DNA from: Candidatus Gastranaerophilales bacterium
GTDB taxonomy: Bacteria > Cyanobacteriota > Vampirovibrionia > Gastranaerophilales > Gastranaerophilaceae
Assembly: GCA_944326525.1 (NCBI GenBank)
Contig: CALVEG010000003.1
Coordinates: 73,846 to 137,845 of the forward strand
Reading direction: 5' to 3'
DNA: 64,000 nucleotides
This document shows, in pieces, positions 9,127 through 21,300 of the stretch (position 1 is its first letter; each line of letters starts with the position of its first letter). The position numbers and the translations under genes are program-made. Under the pieces are notes generated by a model. The model did not search any database and was not told the DNA's origin. It worked only from the letters and a program-made list of their open reading frames with translations.

Positions 9127-10380
9127 CTAATCAGAAGATTTGCAAATATCTTTTCTATATTTCTTGCCTCTGAAATTAATAACATCAATATTTTCATAGA
9201 GCAATTCCCTGGCACGGGATAATGTAGAGGATGTTTTGGTTAGCACAAGCGATCTTCCGCCTGATGTCAGGTATTCAAAATATTTATTTCTTTGTGTATT
9301 AAAATGGTTTATGTCAATATCGTCAGCCAAATCAAGTCCTGTGATTACATCGTCTTTGATTTTACCGGAGGATAAAACGCAAGAAACGGATGAATTCGAT
9401 GAAATATCAAGGGTTTCGTAGTCATCTGCAAAAGATCCGACCGCACAGGCTTCAAACAAAGTGTACAGATTTTCGTTAACAAGGTTAAGTACAGCTTGGC
9501 AATCGTGGTTTGCAAGGAATGGTTTTAATTCCAAAATAGTGTAGCTGTCTGGTGATGTTAAAACGCCTTCGATACCGAGAATTCCAAGATATGGAATTTC
9601 TCTTGATGCAAGATTTTCAAGAATTGGCGCTGCAACTTCTGCTAAAATTCTATCCTGCATTTCGTAAGAAAGTTTGTAATCTGGACAATAAGAGCCCATT
9701 CCGGGGGTTAAAATTCCTCCGTTGCCATCTTCCATGAACTTGTAATTTGCGCAAGATGTTAGCGGTAGAAAATGATATCCATCTGTGATTATGTATAAAA
9801 TAAACTCGTGTCCCTGAACAAAGTCTTCAAGAATAATTTTTTCAGCTCCTGAAACATAAAGATCTTCAACAAATAGTGAAGCTGTTTGAATAGTGTTGCA
9901 AACTTGCCTGTCTGCACCTTCGGTACTTTCATCAGTTCTTATAACAACCGGATAGTCAGATTTTTTAAGATAGTCGACTGCCATTTGTTGTTTTTCAAAT
10001 ATACCAAACTTCGGTGTTGGAATTCTTAATCTGTAAAAAAGTCTTTTGCCGGTAGATTTTGAAATGGCCGGAAGTGCGCTTTCTGCTGAAGGTCCGAAAA
10101 TAAGTTGATTATTTGTCTGAAATAATGAAACGATATCAGCTTTTATCGCCTTTTCGTTTGTGCAAATAGTCATATCAATATCGTTTTCCATTACGAAATT
10201 TAGAAGTTCTGACGGCTGATCAGGTCTTATATCTACAAGTTCACAAAAGTCTTGGCTTGCAGCATTTCCAGGTGCCATATAAATTTTCTCTACAAATTCG
10301 TACCTTGCAAAAACAGATGCAAGCGCCTGTTCCTTTGCTGAATTTCCAACTATCAAAATTTTTTTATTTTCAAGAGCCAT
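9127..10380 (-). CDS. purD: phosphoribosylamine-glycine ligase (PurD)-like ATP-grasp protein, divergent
   Basis: Appears collinear with PurD as recalled (KILIVGN...APGNA, ...TPGMGSYCP..., GGRSLVLT...YRKDI). Start moved to ATG 10380 because the track start at 10431 is a TTG. Canonical GGREHA and ATP-grasp Gly-rich motifs are substituted. Confidence 0.6.
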   Translation of the reverse strand: MALENKKILIVGNSAKEQALASVFARYEFVEKIYMAPGNAASQDFCELVDIRPDQPSELLNFVMENDIDMTICTNEKAIKADIVSLFQTNNQLIFGPSAESALPAISKSTGKRLFYRLRIPTPKFGIFEKQQMAVDYLKKSDYPVVIRTDESTEGADRQVCNTIQTASLFVEDLYVSGAEKIILEDFVQGHEFILYIITDGYHFLPLTSCANYKFMEDGNGGILTPGMGSYCPDYKLSYEMQDRILAEVAAPILENLASREIPYLGILGIEGVLTSPDSYTILELKPFLANHDCQAVLNLVNENLYTLFEACAVGSFADDYETLDISSNSSVSCVLSSGKIKDDVITGLDLADDIDINHFNTQRNKYFEYLTSGGRSLVLTKTSSTLSRARELLYENIDVINFRGKKYRKDICKSSD

Positions 10381-10547
10381 AAAAAAATTATAAAGCATTA
10401 AAATAATTATGCAAGGTGTAATTTTGTACAATAAAAAGATGATTTTGTTAAGATTAATAACAAAAAAAGAAAAATTGTGTTATAATATTGAAAAATATAA
10501 AATTATAATTAATACTAAATCGTGGTAAGTGAAATAGGTAGATATTT

Positions 10548-10796
10548 ATGGCAAGTTTAGTAAGTTTATTATCAAATGTTTTTACAGCACAACAGGCTCC
10601 TTCAGCAGTTTCTGTTCCTTCGGTAAGAACATCTTCAAACAATCCGTTTAGTAACAATCCGTTTGTAAATTACAATGGACATACATATAATAGTGCAACT
10701 TACGGGAAAAATAATCCGGTAAGAGGTGGCTATTTCGCAGGTTATTATAACGGTAAACAAAATATTGTTGGACAGAGATTATTTGTAGAAGTTTAG
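10548..10796 (+). CDS. small hypothetical protein (82 aa, N/S/Y-rich)
   Basis: ORF with extended -10-like TGTTATAAT upstream and a hairpin terminator downstream; no family recognised. Confidence 0.4.
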   Translation: MASLVSLLSNVFTAQQAPSAVSVPSVRTSSNNPFSNNPFVNYNGHTYNSATYGKNNPVRGGYFAGYYNGKQNIVGQRLFVEV

Positions 10797-10838
10797 AACT
10801 TTTTTAATTTTAAACTGTAAGACAATTATATGATTTTT

Positions 10839-10871
10839 AAATAGGCTTGATGTTTTATTTCAAGCCTATTT
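10839..10871. terminator. hairpin between convergent genes (candidate bidirectional terminator)
   Basis: AAATAGGCTTGA-tgttttatt-TCAAGCCTATTT perfect 12-bp stem; overlaps the stop of the minus-strand gene. Confidence 0.5.
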
Positions 10872-11714
10872 GTTTTCTTCAATTTTTTTATAAACAGAAT
10901 CTTTAAAAGTGTATGAATATAATGCATAAAGCATTGTTACAGCAATTACTATTGTTCCTGCAAGAGTAACATAACTGTTTAAAACAAGGTTAAAATATAG
11001 TAGCTCCTTGATTTGATCGCTGCAAAGGAAAAATTCAACGCAAGATAAAATTACGAAAGGTATAGATGTGATTTTCCAAAAAAATTGCTGACCGAATTTG
11101 ATGTTGTATGCAAATCCAACCATCATAAATATTTCATAAATCATTGAAATGATTAGCAGGATATCCCATAGATTTGAGGTGAGAAAATCAGCCATAATAA
11201 GTACATAAATTATAGAAGTTACATTGTATACCGATAAAAATGTAAGAAACATTTTCCAATAAGGTTTGTCGACGGGTTGCAGATTCTCAAATCTGCGTTT
11301 GTATTTAAAAAATGCGACAATTACAGGTGAATATAAAAGCGAATATAAAACAAAAGCAGAAAGTCCCAGAAGCATTATTGTTGAAAGATAGATTGAACTA
11401 TCAGAAACAGTTCCTGCGGTTTGTCGTTTTATCTCGAAAACTATTGGCGTAATTCCGCTTATAACTGCCATTACCATTGAAAATATCATGTATAAAACTA
11501 TTAGTGAAAAAATAATATTGTTAGCTTTTAAAGAAAAAAGTCTTTTGTTCCAGCCAAGCGAAAAGAAATATCCTAAAATAAAAACAATAATGGCTGATAA
11601 AATGTATCCTAGCAAGATATTTATTTCGGCTAGAGTCATAAAATTAGCCAATCCTCCGAATTGCAGGTATGTTAGAACAAGTGCACAAAATATAAATAAA
11701 ATTTTCCAGAACAT
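10866..11714 (-). CDS. polytopic membrane protein, unknown function
   Basis: 282 aa, about 8 hydrophobic segments. Confidence 0.65.
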   Translation of the reverse strand: MFWKILFIFCALVLTYLQFGGLANFMTLAEINILLGYILSAIIVFILGYFFSLGWNKRLFSLKANNIIFSLIVLYMIFSMVMAVISGITPIVFEIKRQTAGTVSDSSIYLSTIMLLGLSAFVLYSLLYSPVIVAFFKYKRRFENLQPVDKPYWKMFLTFLSVYNVTSIIYVLIMADFLTSNLWDILLIISMIYEIFMMVGFAYNIKFGQQFFWKITSIPFVILSCVEFFLCSDQIKELLYFNLVLNSYVTLAGTIVIAVTMLYALYSYTFKDSVYKKIEENK

Positions 11715-11855
11715 TTCTACTCCCTTTGTTGACTTAACTAAAATATCATATTTATGAAATTTTGTAAATTATGGAAAAATTAAACATTAAAGTAATTCCT
11801 TTAAAGAGATATTTTAAGTATACTTAACTAAACACATAATTTAAAAGGGGATAAA

Positions 11856-13433
11856 ATGAAAAATACTTTGACTGCAAATTTAAAAGGCGATATTCTTGGC
11901 GGAATTACTGCGGGGATAATAGCATTGCCTCTTGCGATAGCATTCGGTGTTTCAAGTGGTTTAGGAGCGACCGCAGGTCTTTACGGTGCAATTATTGTCG
12001 GGCTTTTAGCGTCATTGTTTGGCGGAACTCCGACGCAGATTTCAGGACCTACAGGGCCTTTGACTGTGCTTGTAACTTCTATTTTAGCTGTTAATTCAGA
12101 TTCTCCTGAAGTTATTTTTGCGGCTGTTTTTTTGTCGGGTATTTTTCAGATAATTTTTGGAATATTTAAAATCGGAAAATTAGTTAATTTTATTCCTTAT
12201 CCTGTAATTTCGGGGTTTATGAGCGGAATCGGAATTATAATAATCTTACTTCAAGCTAATGCAATAATGGGTATTGAATTTTCCGGAACGCCAATTGGGG
12301 GGCTTTTTAATGCACTCAAATCAATTCCGCAAGCCAACTTGCAAGCACTTTTACTTGCTGGTGTTTCTCTTATAATAGTTTTCTTAACGCCTAAAAAAAT
12401 CGCAAAGATTTTTCCGCCGGCACTGCTTGCTCTTATTGTAGGAACATTAATTTCAGTTGTATTTAATTTTAATGTTGGGACAATTGGTGAAATCCCGTCA
12501 GGATTTCCAGATTTTAATTTTCCGGAATTTCATCTTTCAGATCTTGAAATTGTCATATCATCAGCTCTAACTATTGCGGTTTTGGGTTCAATCGATACTC
12601 TTTTAACTTCTTTGGTTGCGGATTCTATGACTAAAACAAAGCACCAATCGGATAAAGAATTAATAGGGCAAGGAATTGCCAATATAGTTGCTTCCTTGTT
12701 TGGCGGACTTGTTTCTTGCGGAGCTACAATGAGGACTGCTGTTAATATAAGAAGCGGTGGTAGAACAAAGTTGTCAGGTATTATTCATTCTGTTTTTCTA
12801 ATATTAATCGTTGTATTTTTTGCGCCAATTGCTTCCAAAATTCCGCTAGCGGTTCTTGCAGGAATTTTGATTAAAGTAGGAATAAGTATTATTGATTATA
12901 AGTTCATTAAGCTTATTAAAATAGCACCGAAAAATGATTTGTTGGTAATGCTGCTGGTTTTCTTAATTACTATTTTTGATGATTTAATCCTAGCTGTTGG
13001 TGTCGGTGTTGTAATGTCTTCAATTTTATTTGCTGCAAATGTAGCCAAACAAACAGATGTTAAGCTTAAAGATCTTAGTGAAAGCAAAAATTATATAAAC
13101 GAAGATTTGGTAAATAATACTATGATAATGCATATTGACGGAACTCTCTTTTTCGGCTCCGCATCTCAAATTGCATCGCGAGTTGAAGAAGTTTGGGATA
13201 ATAATGCTGTTATTATAGATTGCTCTGATATAAAAACAATAGATATATCAGGGGTATTTGCTTTAGAAGATTTGATTTTAACTTTGAAAGATCGAGGCGT
13301 TCAAGTGGTTGTAATTTTTAGTAGTCGTAATGTTGCTGCAATTGCATTGAAACTTGGACTTAGGAAAATTGTAAATTCTAATTCTTTTGTTTTTTCTAAA
13401 GAAGAGGCCTTGGAAAAATTATCAAAAGAATAA
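11856..13433 (+). CDS. SulP-family anion transporter with C-terminal STAS domain
   Basis: GDILGGITAGIIALPLAIAFG... SulP N-terminus; C-terminal STAS-like segment. Confidence 0.9.
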   Translation: MKNTLTANLKGDILGGITAGIIALPLAIAFGVSSGLGATAGLYGAIIVGLLASLFGGTPTQISGPTGPLTVLVTSILAVNSDSPEVIFAAVFLSGIFQIIFGIFKIGKLVNFIPYPVISGFMSGIGIIIILLQANAIMGIEFSGTPIGGLFNALKSIPQANLQALLLAGVSLIIVFLTPKKIAKIFPPALLALIVGTLISVVFNFNVGTIGEIPSGFPDFNFPEFHLSDLEIVISSALTIAVLGSIDTLLTSLVADSMTKTKHQSDKELIGQGIANIVASLFGGLVSCGATMRTAVNIRSGGRTKLSGIIHSVFLILIVVFFAPIASKIPLAVLAGILIKVGISIIDYKFIKLIKIAPKNDLLVMLLVFLITIFDDLILAVGVGVVMSSILFAANVAKQTDVKLKDLSESKNYINEDLVNNTMIMHIDGTLFFGSASQIASRVEEVWDNNAVIIDCSDIKTIDISGVFALEDLILTLKDRGVQVVVIFSSRNVAAIALKLGLRKIVNSNSFVFSKEEALEKLSKE

Positions 13434-13515
13434 TACATAATTTAAATCTAAAACTTGAAAATAAATTATCACTGATGTAATATAAAAGTGTAGAATGTAC
13501 ACTAAACGAATATAA

Positions 13516-15327
13516 ATGGCGGGATATATGACAAAAGCAAATGAAAATATAAGAAATATAGCGATAATTGCGCACGTAGACCATGGTAAAACAACACTTG
13601 TAGATTGTTTGTTAAAGCAGGCAGGTGCTTTCAGGGAAAACCAGCATGTTCAGGAAAGAGTTCTTGATAGTAACGACCTTGAAAGAGAACGTGGAATTAC
13701 AATTTTATCTAAAAACATTGCTATAAATTATAAAAATACTAAAATTAATGTTGTGGATACCCCCGGCCACGCAGATTTCGGCGGAGAAGTTGAGCGTGTT
13801 TTAGGTATGGTTGATGGAGCTTTGCTTGTAGTTGATGCGGCGGAAGGTCCTATGCCTCAAACAAGATTTGTACTTTCAAAAGCTTTGGAATTAGGGTTGA
13901 AAATAATTGTGGTCGTAAATAAAATTGACAAGCCCGCTGCTGAACCTTTGACCGCATTGGATAAAGTTTTTGATTTGTTTACAGAATTGACTGACAGAGA
14001 GGATTTAATTGATTTTCCTTTTGTATTTGCAAGCAGTTTAAACGGATTTGCGATTAAAGATCTTGATGATGAAAGAAAAGATATGATTCCATTATTAGAT
14101 TGTATTTTGGAAAATATTCAACCTCCGCAGTGTGATGAATCAAAACCTTTTCAATTCAGAGCAACGACTTTAGATTACAACGATTATGTCGGAAGAATTG
14201 TTATAGGTAGAATTGAAAACGGATCGGTTAAATCCCAAGAACAGGTTTGTGTTATTCATGCAGATGGAAGTCAGGAACGCGGTAAAATTACAAAACTCTT
14301 CGGATTTCATGATTTGGGCAGAATTGAAATTGAAGAAGCAAAAGCCGGTGATATCGTTGGTATCGCAGGATTTAGTGATATACAGATTGGCGAAACTATT
14401 GCTGATTTAAATGAGCCTGTTGCTTTACCGCTAATAAAGGTTGACGAGCCGACTTTACAGATGAATTTTTCTGTAAATGACAGTCCGTTTTCCGGTACTG
14501 AGGGAAAATTTGTAACTTCAAGACAGTTAAGAAAACGTCTTTATAATGAACTTGAAAAAAATGTAAGTTTGAGAGTTGAAGATACAGATTCAACAGATGT
14601 ATTTAAGGTTTCAGGCAGAGGGGAACTTCACCTTGGAATTTTAATTGAAACAATGCGTCGTGAAGGTTATGAGTTTCAGGTTTCAAAGCCGGAAGTTATT
14701 TATAAAACTATTAATGATGAAAAATGTGAGCCTTATGAAAATTTGATAGTTGATGTTCCAGAAAGCTGTGCTGGCGGATGTATTGAAAGACTTTCAAATC
14801 GAAAAGCCGAAATGAAGGAAATGAACAATTCAAAAGGCAGAACAATGTTGACATTTCATATTCCTGCAAGAGGGCTGATCGGTTTTAGAAGCGAATTTAT
14901 AAGAATGACTCGTGGTGAAGGTATTATGTATCACACATTCTTGCATTACAGACCTTATGCCGGTGACATTCCTCGTCAGAGAAACGGATCTATTATAGCA
15001 ATAGAACAAGGTGAAGCTATCCCTTATGCATTGGCGCAATTTGAGGATAGAGGTGTATTTTTCGTAACTCCTAAGACAAAAGTTTACAGAGGTATGATTA
15101 TCGGTGAGTGTAACAAGCCACAAGATATTGTCGTAAATATTTGCAAAACCAAAAAGCTTACCAATATGAGAAGCGCAACTGCTGACGTTATGGTGACCCT
15201 TCAGGCGCCGAAGATTTTGTCACTGGAAGAATCGCTTGAATACATTGCAGATGACGAGCTTGTTGAAATTACTCCGGAAAATATCAGAATTAGAAAAGCT
15301 GATTTAACAAGAAAAATATATAATTAA
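13516..15327 (+). CDS. typA: translational GTPase TypA/BipA
   Basis: [38 protein letters not shown]-motifs; 603 aa. Confidence 0.95.
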   Translation: MAGYMTKANENIRNIAIIAHVDHGKTTLVDCLLKQAGAFRENQHVQERVLDSNDLERERGITILSKNIAINYKNTKINVVDTPGHADFGGEVERVLGMVDGALLVVDAAEGPMPQTRFVLSKALELGLKIIVVVNKIDKPAAEPLTALDKVFDLFTELTDREDLIDFPFVFASSLNGFAIKDLDDERKDMIPLLDCILENIQPPQCDESKPFQFRATTLDYNDYVGRIVIGRIENGSVKSQEQVCVIHADGSQERGKITKLFGFHDLGRIEIEEAKAGDIVGIAGFSDIQIGETIADLNEPVALPLIKVDEPTLQMNFSVNDSPFSGTEGKFVTSRQLRKRLYNELEKNVSLRVEDTDSTDVFKVSGRGELHLGILIETMRREGYEFQVSKPEVIYKTINDEKCEPYENLIVDVPESCAGGCIERLSNRKAEMKEMNNSKGRTMLTFHIPARGLIGFRSEFIRMTRGEGIMYHTFLHYRPYAGDIPRQRNGSIIAIEQGEAIPYALAQFEDRGVFFVTPKTKVYRGMIIGECNKPQDIVVNICKTKKLTNMRSATADVMVTLQAPKILSLEESLEYIADDELVEITPENIRIRKADLTRKIYN

Positions 15328-15348
15328 TCTAAATCGCAGAATTTAAAG

Positions 15349-16239
15349 TTAAATTGTGTGTTTAGTATTAGTATTGTTTTTGATAAGTGATTGTGCAAAA
15401 ACTGACAGCAGGATAAGCCCTAATCCGATATAAAAAGATGGGCTTAGTTGGTGTGCTTCGTTAAAAAATAACATAGCTAAAAGTATTCCGTATACAGGTT
15501 CAAGATTACCAGCTAGGCTCACGGTAAATGCTGATAATTTCTTCAATACGTCGATGTAGATTAAATATAGCAGTATGGTGCAGAAGAATGCAAGTATAAT
15601 CAGCCAGCCCCATTCAATTCCAGTTGGAAATATGATTGATGTAGGGTTAAATTTTAAATATATCGGACAAAATAAACTCATGGCAACAGTCCCGCCAAGA
15701 AGCTCATAAAATAGCATGCATCTTGCGGATTTGCCTTTTTCTGCAATTTTATTCCATACCGTATAAAGTGCAAATATAGCTGCTGAAATTATTCCTAAAA
15801 TAATCCCAAATCTGAAATTGGTGTCAAAGTTAAATATCAACCAAATTCCGCCGACTGCAATTAAGCTGTATAGTAATTCGGTATATGAAAACTTGGTTTT
15901 CAGGATTAGCGGTTCAAAAAATACTGTGAAAAATCCAACAAGTGAATAACATACAACCCCGATTGAAACATTAGAGTATTTTATGCTTCCAAAAAAGAAC
16001 ATTAAATGTATTGTAAGCAAAGCTCCAAGTAAACAAAATTTTATAATGTTTTTTCTTGTTTCAACTGGTTTTTTCTTCATAAAAATGAGCATTAAAGAGA
16101 ATATTAAAAATGCCAAAAACATCCTATACCAAACTATTAAAACTTCATTTAAAGAAATAAGTTTTGGAAAAAGTCCGGTAAAGCCTGAAAGCAATACGGA
16201 TAGATGTAATTTTGTGTGCTCAAGTATTGTTTTGGGCAT
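15349..16239 (-). CDS. EamA/DMT-family transporter
   Basis: 296 aa, about 10 TM segments in a two-repeat DMT layout. Confidence 0.75.
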   Translation of the reverse strand: MPKTILEHTKLHLSVLLSGFTGLFPKLISLNEVLIVWYRMFLAFLIFSLMLIFMKKKPVETRKNIIKFCLLGALLTIHLMFFFGSIKYSNVSIGVVCYSLVGFFTVFFEPLILKTKFSYTELLYSLIAVGGIWLIFNFDTNFRFGIILGIISAAIFALYTVWNKIAEKGKSARCMLFYELLGGTVAMSLFCPIYLKFNPTSIIFPTGIEWGWLIILAFFCTILLYLIYIDVLKKLSAFTVSLAGNLEPVYGILLAMLFFNEAHQLSPSFYIGLGLILLSVFAQSLIKNNTNTKHTI

Positions 16240-16244
16240 GGTTT

Positions 16245-16895
16245 TTATTCGTCTTTTTTAAATTTACTAGAGAGAAATTTTATATCTTCTTCGTTAAATA
16301 GAAAATTTTGTATTTTTTCTACATGTGCTTTTTTTATATCAGGTGGAAGAGTCCCAGTATCCCTGAACAGAGCAATTTCTTCGGGGGTAAGTTCTCTGCC
16401 AAAAATCTTTTTACTGTTTTCTGGTGTCAGTTCTTTCCCAAAAGGAACCATAAGCCCTGATATTAAGAAAATAAAGCCTACTAATCCTACAAGATATAAT
16501 AATGATGGGTTCTGAAGTTTGTACTTAAAAGATTCTTGGTTTATTAATTTGTTAATATTAAGAGCATTATATTTACATACATCCATAGAAGTATATTCAT
16601 CAATTTTAATTTTTTTAGACTTAGGTTGTTGAGCAAATTGAGGAATATGCAAAATATAATAAGACTTGTATCCGTGTCTAGAAGATGATCTTCGTTCTGC
16701 ATAGCAATCAGCTTTTGCATTTTTATATAAAGGTCCAAGTTGCGTATTTCTTGTGTAGTTTATACCGAATGGTGCTGATATTTGCTCGTATAGAATTCCG
16801 TTATCCAGTACCAGATATTTGTTTAGAAATGCAAATATAATTAGTATCCCGCCTGTTAAAACAAATATCAATGATGCCATTAAGTTTTTTAACAT
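16245..16895 (-). CDS. membrane protein, unknown function
   Basis: 216 aa, N-terminal and central TM helices, internal GKELTPEN/GRELTPEE duplication. Confidence 0.55.
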   Translation of the reverse strand: MLKNLMASLIFVLTGGILIIFAFLNKYLVLDNGILYEQISAPFGINYTRNTQLGPLYKNAKADCYAERRSSSRHGYKSYYILHIPQFAQQPKSKKIKIDEYTSMDVCKYNALNINKLINQESFKYKLQNPSLLYLVGLVGFIFLISGLMVPFGKELTPENSKKIFGRELTPEEIALFRDTGTLPPDIKKAHVEKIQNFLFNEEDIKFLSSKFKKDE

Positions 16896-16908
16896 TTTTA
16901 TACCTCAC

Positions 16909-18354
16909 TTACTTGCCTGATAGTTCTTGATACATTTTTAAATATTCTTTAGAACTTTTTTCCCAAGAAAAATCAGCTTCCATTGCGGATTTTCTCATAG
17001 CGTTAAATGTATATTTATCATTGTATACATAAAGAGCACATCTTATAGCATCAAGCATTGCACCTGAATCATATCCCCAGAATTTAAATCCTGTTGAATT
17101 TTCAAGCGGATAACCTGTTACGGTATCTTCCAACCCGCCTGTTGCTCTTACGACTGGTAAAGAGCCGTAGCGCATTGCTATTAATTGACTTAAACCACAG
17201 GGTTCAAATTTAGACGGCATTAAGTAAAAATCACTTGCTGCATAAATTCTGTTTGCAAGTTCGCCGTTGTATCCGACATAAGCTCTTATGTTTGATGAAT
17301 TGTTTGAAAGCCATATTAAAAGATTTTCATAATCCTTTTCTCCGGAGCCTAAAAATACAAAATCAGCATCCATATTTCTTAAAGTATCTTCGGCACCCCT
17401 GATTAAATCAATCCCTTTTTGCGAAACAAGTCTGGATACCATAACAAATAAAGGTCGATTTGGATTATATTTAAGTCCAAAATATTCGCAAATGTATTTT
17501 TTATTTTCTTCTTTATTTTTAAGTGATTTTACATCATAATTTTTGACAAGTAATTTATCGGTTTTTGGATTGAATACATCGTAATCTATTCCGTTTAGAA
17601 TTCCTCTTAATTTATTTTGCGCTCCGCGAAGGGTGTAATCCATTCCTTCTCCGTATTCACCTGTTAAAATCTCTTTTGCGTATGTCGGAGATACTGCGAC
17701 AACTCTATTAGAATAATTAATGGCACCTTTCATCCAGTTTACTCTGCCGTAATGCTCTAAGCACCATTCATTATAAACTATATCCTTTCTCATATTGGCA
17801 AAATCCAAGATGCTTTCAAACCAAACTCCTTGATATGCAAGGTTATGAATTTCAAAAACAGTTTTGGTGTTTTTCCAGAAATCATCGAATTTGTAATTGC
17901 TGTGAAGATATACCGGAATCATTGCGGTATGCCAATCGTTTGCATGAATTACGTCGGCTCTGAAATTTAAAAGTTTTGCGTATTCCATTGTTGCAAGCGA
18001 AAATGCAACATACCTTTCGTGTTCATACTGTGGGTCAAGCCATTTGGGGTATACATCTTGAAAACAAGAAAAATACCAATCGTTATGAACAAAAAATACG
18101 TTTATATTTGTTCCCGGAAGTTTAGTCATAAATAATCTGAATTTGTGCCCGTTTCTTCCAAATGTAAGCCACATTTCAGAATTTTCAAGTTCTTTTATGT
18201 TATATTTCTTCTGGTCAATACATCCGTGAAGCGGTGTAAATATTGCTATTTCAGCATCTTTTTCAAGATGTTTTGGCAAACTGCCGACAACATCTGCTAA
18301 CCCTCCTGCTTTAGAAAAAGGTGCTACTTCTGCTGCTGCAAATAATATTTTCAT
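16909..18354 (-). CDS. glgA: glycogen synthase
   Basis: KILFAAAEVAPFSKAGGLADVVGSLPK N-terminus; GT5 C-terminal EPCGLSQL motif. Confidence 0.92.
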   Translation of the reverse strand: MKILFAAAEVAPFSKAGGLADVVGSLPKHLEKDAEIAIFTPLHGCIDQKKYNIKELENSEMWLTFGRNGHKFRLFMTKLPGTNINVFFVHNDWYFSCFQDVYPKWLDPQYEHERYVAFSLATMEYAKLLNFRADVIHANDWHTAMIPVYLHSNYKFDDFWKNTKTVFEIHNLAYQGVWFESILDFANMRKDIVYNEWCLEHYGRVNWMKGAINYSNRVVAVSPTYAKEILTGEYGEGMDYTLRGAQNKLRGILNGIDYDVFNPKTDKLLVKNYDVKSLKNKEENKKYICEYFGLKYNPNRPLFVMVSRLVSQKGIDLIRGAEDTLRNMDADFVFLGSGEKDYENLLIWLSNNSSNIRAYVGYNGELANRIYAASDFYLMPSKFEPCGLSQLIAMRYGSLPVVRATGGLEDTVTGYPLENSTGFKFWGYDSGAMLDAIRCALYVYNDKYTFNAMRKSAMEADFSWEKSSKEYLKMYQELSGK

Positions 18355-21300
18355 TATTCCTCACTTTCGTCATCTTCAGTATTTCTTCTAACTGCGCCTA
18401 CAGTTACCTGTTCCTGCTGATATTCACTCTCTTCATCTGGATCCGTAAGCGGTATATAATGAGATGCGTCTGTATCAAATTCAATTTGAATATTGTGTTT
18501 CTTTGACAAATATATGCACTGTACAAGACAAATTTGAGCCTGTTCTCCTTTACCTTTGTACATCATAACTTTGAACATCTGGTACTTAAATAGCATTAAA
18601 AGATATTCATTTGAACCATCTGCTTTTTCTAACTGTATAAGTGAGTTGTTTATTATTCCGTATGCAACAGTGTAACGACCTTGCTTAATACTCATTTCGC
18701 TCATCAAAAGCCATGCAACATAGGTCATATCTGTCATGCCGTTGTCACCTGTTGCTTTGATTATTTTATATATAATCAATGAAGCCTTATCATAAGATTC
18801 CATATCATAGTAGGCTTTCCCGATCATTAAGTCACAGAATAATTCCAACTGGTGTATTCTGTTAAATCTTGCTATGCGTTTGGCTGCATAAATTTCTTCT
18901 GCAAATCCGTTATAGTCGTTTTTATACTTGTTAAAAGCTTCCATTATATGGAACAAAATCCCTGAAAATCTGTCTTTTTCAGATACCATAACCGGACTGT
19001 ATATGCTTCTATTACCTTTTAGAAATTCTTCAACTGCTCCAAAAATGTCGTATGAAGGCGGAATATTGGGTATATCACTTTTTACAATGTTTATAAATTC
19101 TTTTACTATTCCTTTCATTTGAAGAGCACTTGATAATGCAACAAAACCCACAGCATCAATTATTATTGCTTCAAATTCTTCTTTTGAAATATATTCAGGT
19201 CGTAAAGTTTCAATTGTCGATGAATTTACAAAACTCAAAACTTTGTAGCCTATATCTATACAATCATCAAACGCACCAATATTGAACAAAATTTCTATGT
19301 GAATTAAAGACATAAAGAAGAAATATTTGTTAAAATCAGGTGCCGAAGGATCTATTGAAGAATTTGGCAGTCTTGAAAGTATTTTATGAGTTAGTTCTAA
19401 TGCGTGGTTATACTTGCCGTCTTTAAGATAGCCTTGTATCATTTTATTGCATAATTCTATGACTTTTTCATTTTCGCCTGCTGTTTCAAGCTGTTTTAAA
19501 GTGTTTTCAGCGATTGAAGATGTTTTTTCCGGATCGTATGAAAGAAGATTGTTTGCTATATTTTCTGATAAGTCAAGTTTGTACTTATTAATTTCTTCTT
19601 GTTTTTCTTCGTCGGTATTTTTGTCAAGTAGTTCAACGATCTTTTCTGCACAATTTGTGTAAGCATTGTAATCGCCTAGTGAAAGACTTATTTTGGCAAG
19701 ATTTTCCCATTCGAAAAATTCAGATTTGTAATCCTCTAATAATCCGTATAAATAAGCTTTTGTCGGGGATGGCATATTGTCGACAAAGACTTTTTCAAAC
19801 AAATCTTTTGCAATAGCTTGAAGAAGTTCTTTATTTAGTACTGACAGTATACTTTCTCTAAGAAGATTATAATTAGGGAAGTACATGCAGTTGTTCCAGA
19901 AATATATATATCCCATTTCTGATAAATTGTTAATTATATCATCAATATTGTCATATCTTAGGCTTTTGATTGTTTCCTGATCAATTCTTGTCCCCATAAG
20001 AACGCAGGTTGCGAGAAATTTGATTGCTTCAGGATCGTCTTCCAAAAGATTAAGACGTCGCTTCATAAGTTTTTTAAGACTTGACGGTATAATAATCGTT
20101 TTGGGATTAATAAGTTCAATACAGTCATCGCTAGCCTCATAAACTCCACTTTCAATCAAATACTGGATGGCAATATCCAAAAACAGAATACTTCCAAATG
20201 AATATTTCGCAATTCTGTGGAAATAAAAACTGTCCATAATTTTGCGATAATAATCTTTGTTTTCTTCAATCATTCTTTCAAATGAGGTTGGTTTTAAAGT
20301 TATTTCTGTATAATAAGGTCTTGAAAGTAAGAAATAATTATCTTTATGAAGTGAGAAATCTTTATCATAGGATATCAAGTAGCTGATTTTTAATCTATCA
20401 AACTCTGCAAACAAGAACTTCATAACTTCATAAGAACTTGCATCTATTTTGTCAAAGTTTTCAATAAATATAAGCGTTTCAGGAATTGCATTCATTAACG
20501 TAAAGAAGATATCATAAAAAGAAAGATGTCTTCTGTTAGTTTCATCAATTCCTCTTTCTTGAAGAGTTACAAGATCTTTAATCAATCCTTCCGGATCAAT
20601 AGATTTAAACATTGAAAAATCATTTGAACTGAACAATTTCTGAGAAACCGTAAACTCAAAAATTGCGCTGACAAGTTCTCTAAAAAATGAATAAGGAGAA
20701 TATTTCATCTCATCGTAGCAGGTAATGCTAATTATATTTTTGTAAATGTTTAATTCTTCAATTGTCGAAATGATTTTCAGTGAATATGGAACATATAATG
20801 GAGCTGTTTTTATAGCACAAATTCCATAAGGGTATTCCGACATTCTGTTTACCATATGATAAAATACATCTATATTTTCAGTTCGAATAAACTGGCATTG
20901 AATATCACTAAAGTGGATTGTTTCTATATCATAAATAGCATCCGGATCTGTTGGTGATTCAAGCTTGCTTAAAGCTTCGCCGTCAAGTTTGTCTTGTTCT
21001 ACAAGCATGTTTTGTACAAAATTTGGAACTTCAAGTTCTTCATCCGGTTTATCTTCTAAATCCTCATAGTTAATTTTTATATGGCTGTTAATATCCACTT
21101 CGTGGAACATAACCATTTGATCTTTAATCATTACGGAATTCAGAGGGCTGGCAGAATATTTCGCATCCAATGCTTCTTTTACATAATTATCTACAATTAC
21201 CTGAGATGTATTCAATGCTTTTTGTTTTGCATCTTCGCTTTGTTTTACCATACTGATGTTAAATCCTGATTTTATATCATAAGGATTGTCATCAATACTT

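Noticed and set aside
16360-16460. Internal DNA/peptide duplication (GKELTPEN / GRELTPEE) in the 216-aa membrane protein
   Set aside because: It is a short two-copy duplication inside an ORF with no further periodicity, so it is not a repeat element in its own right.
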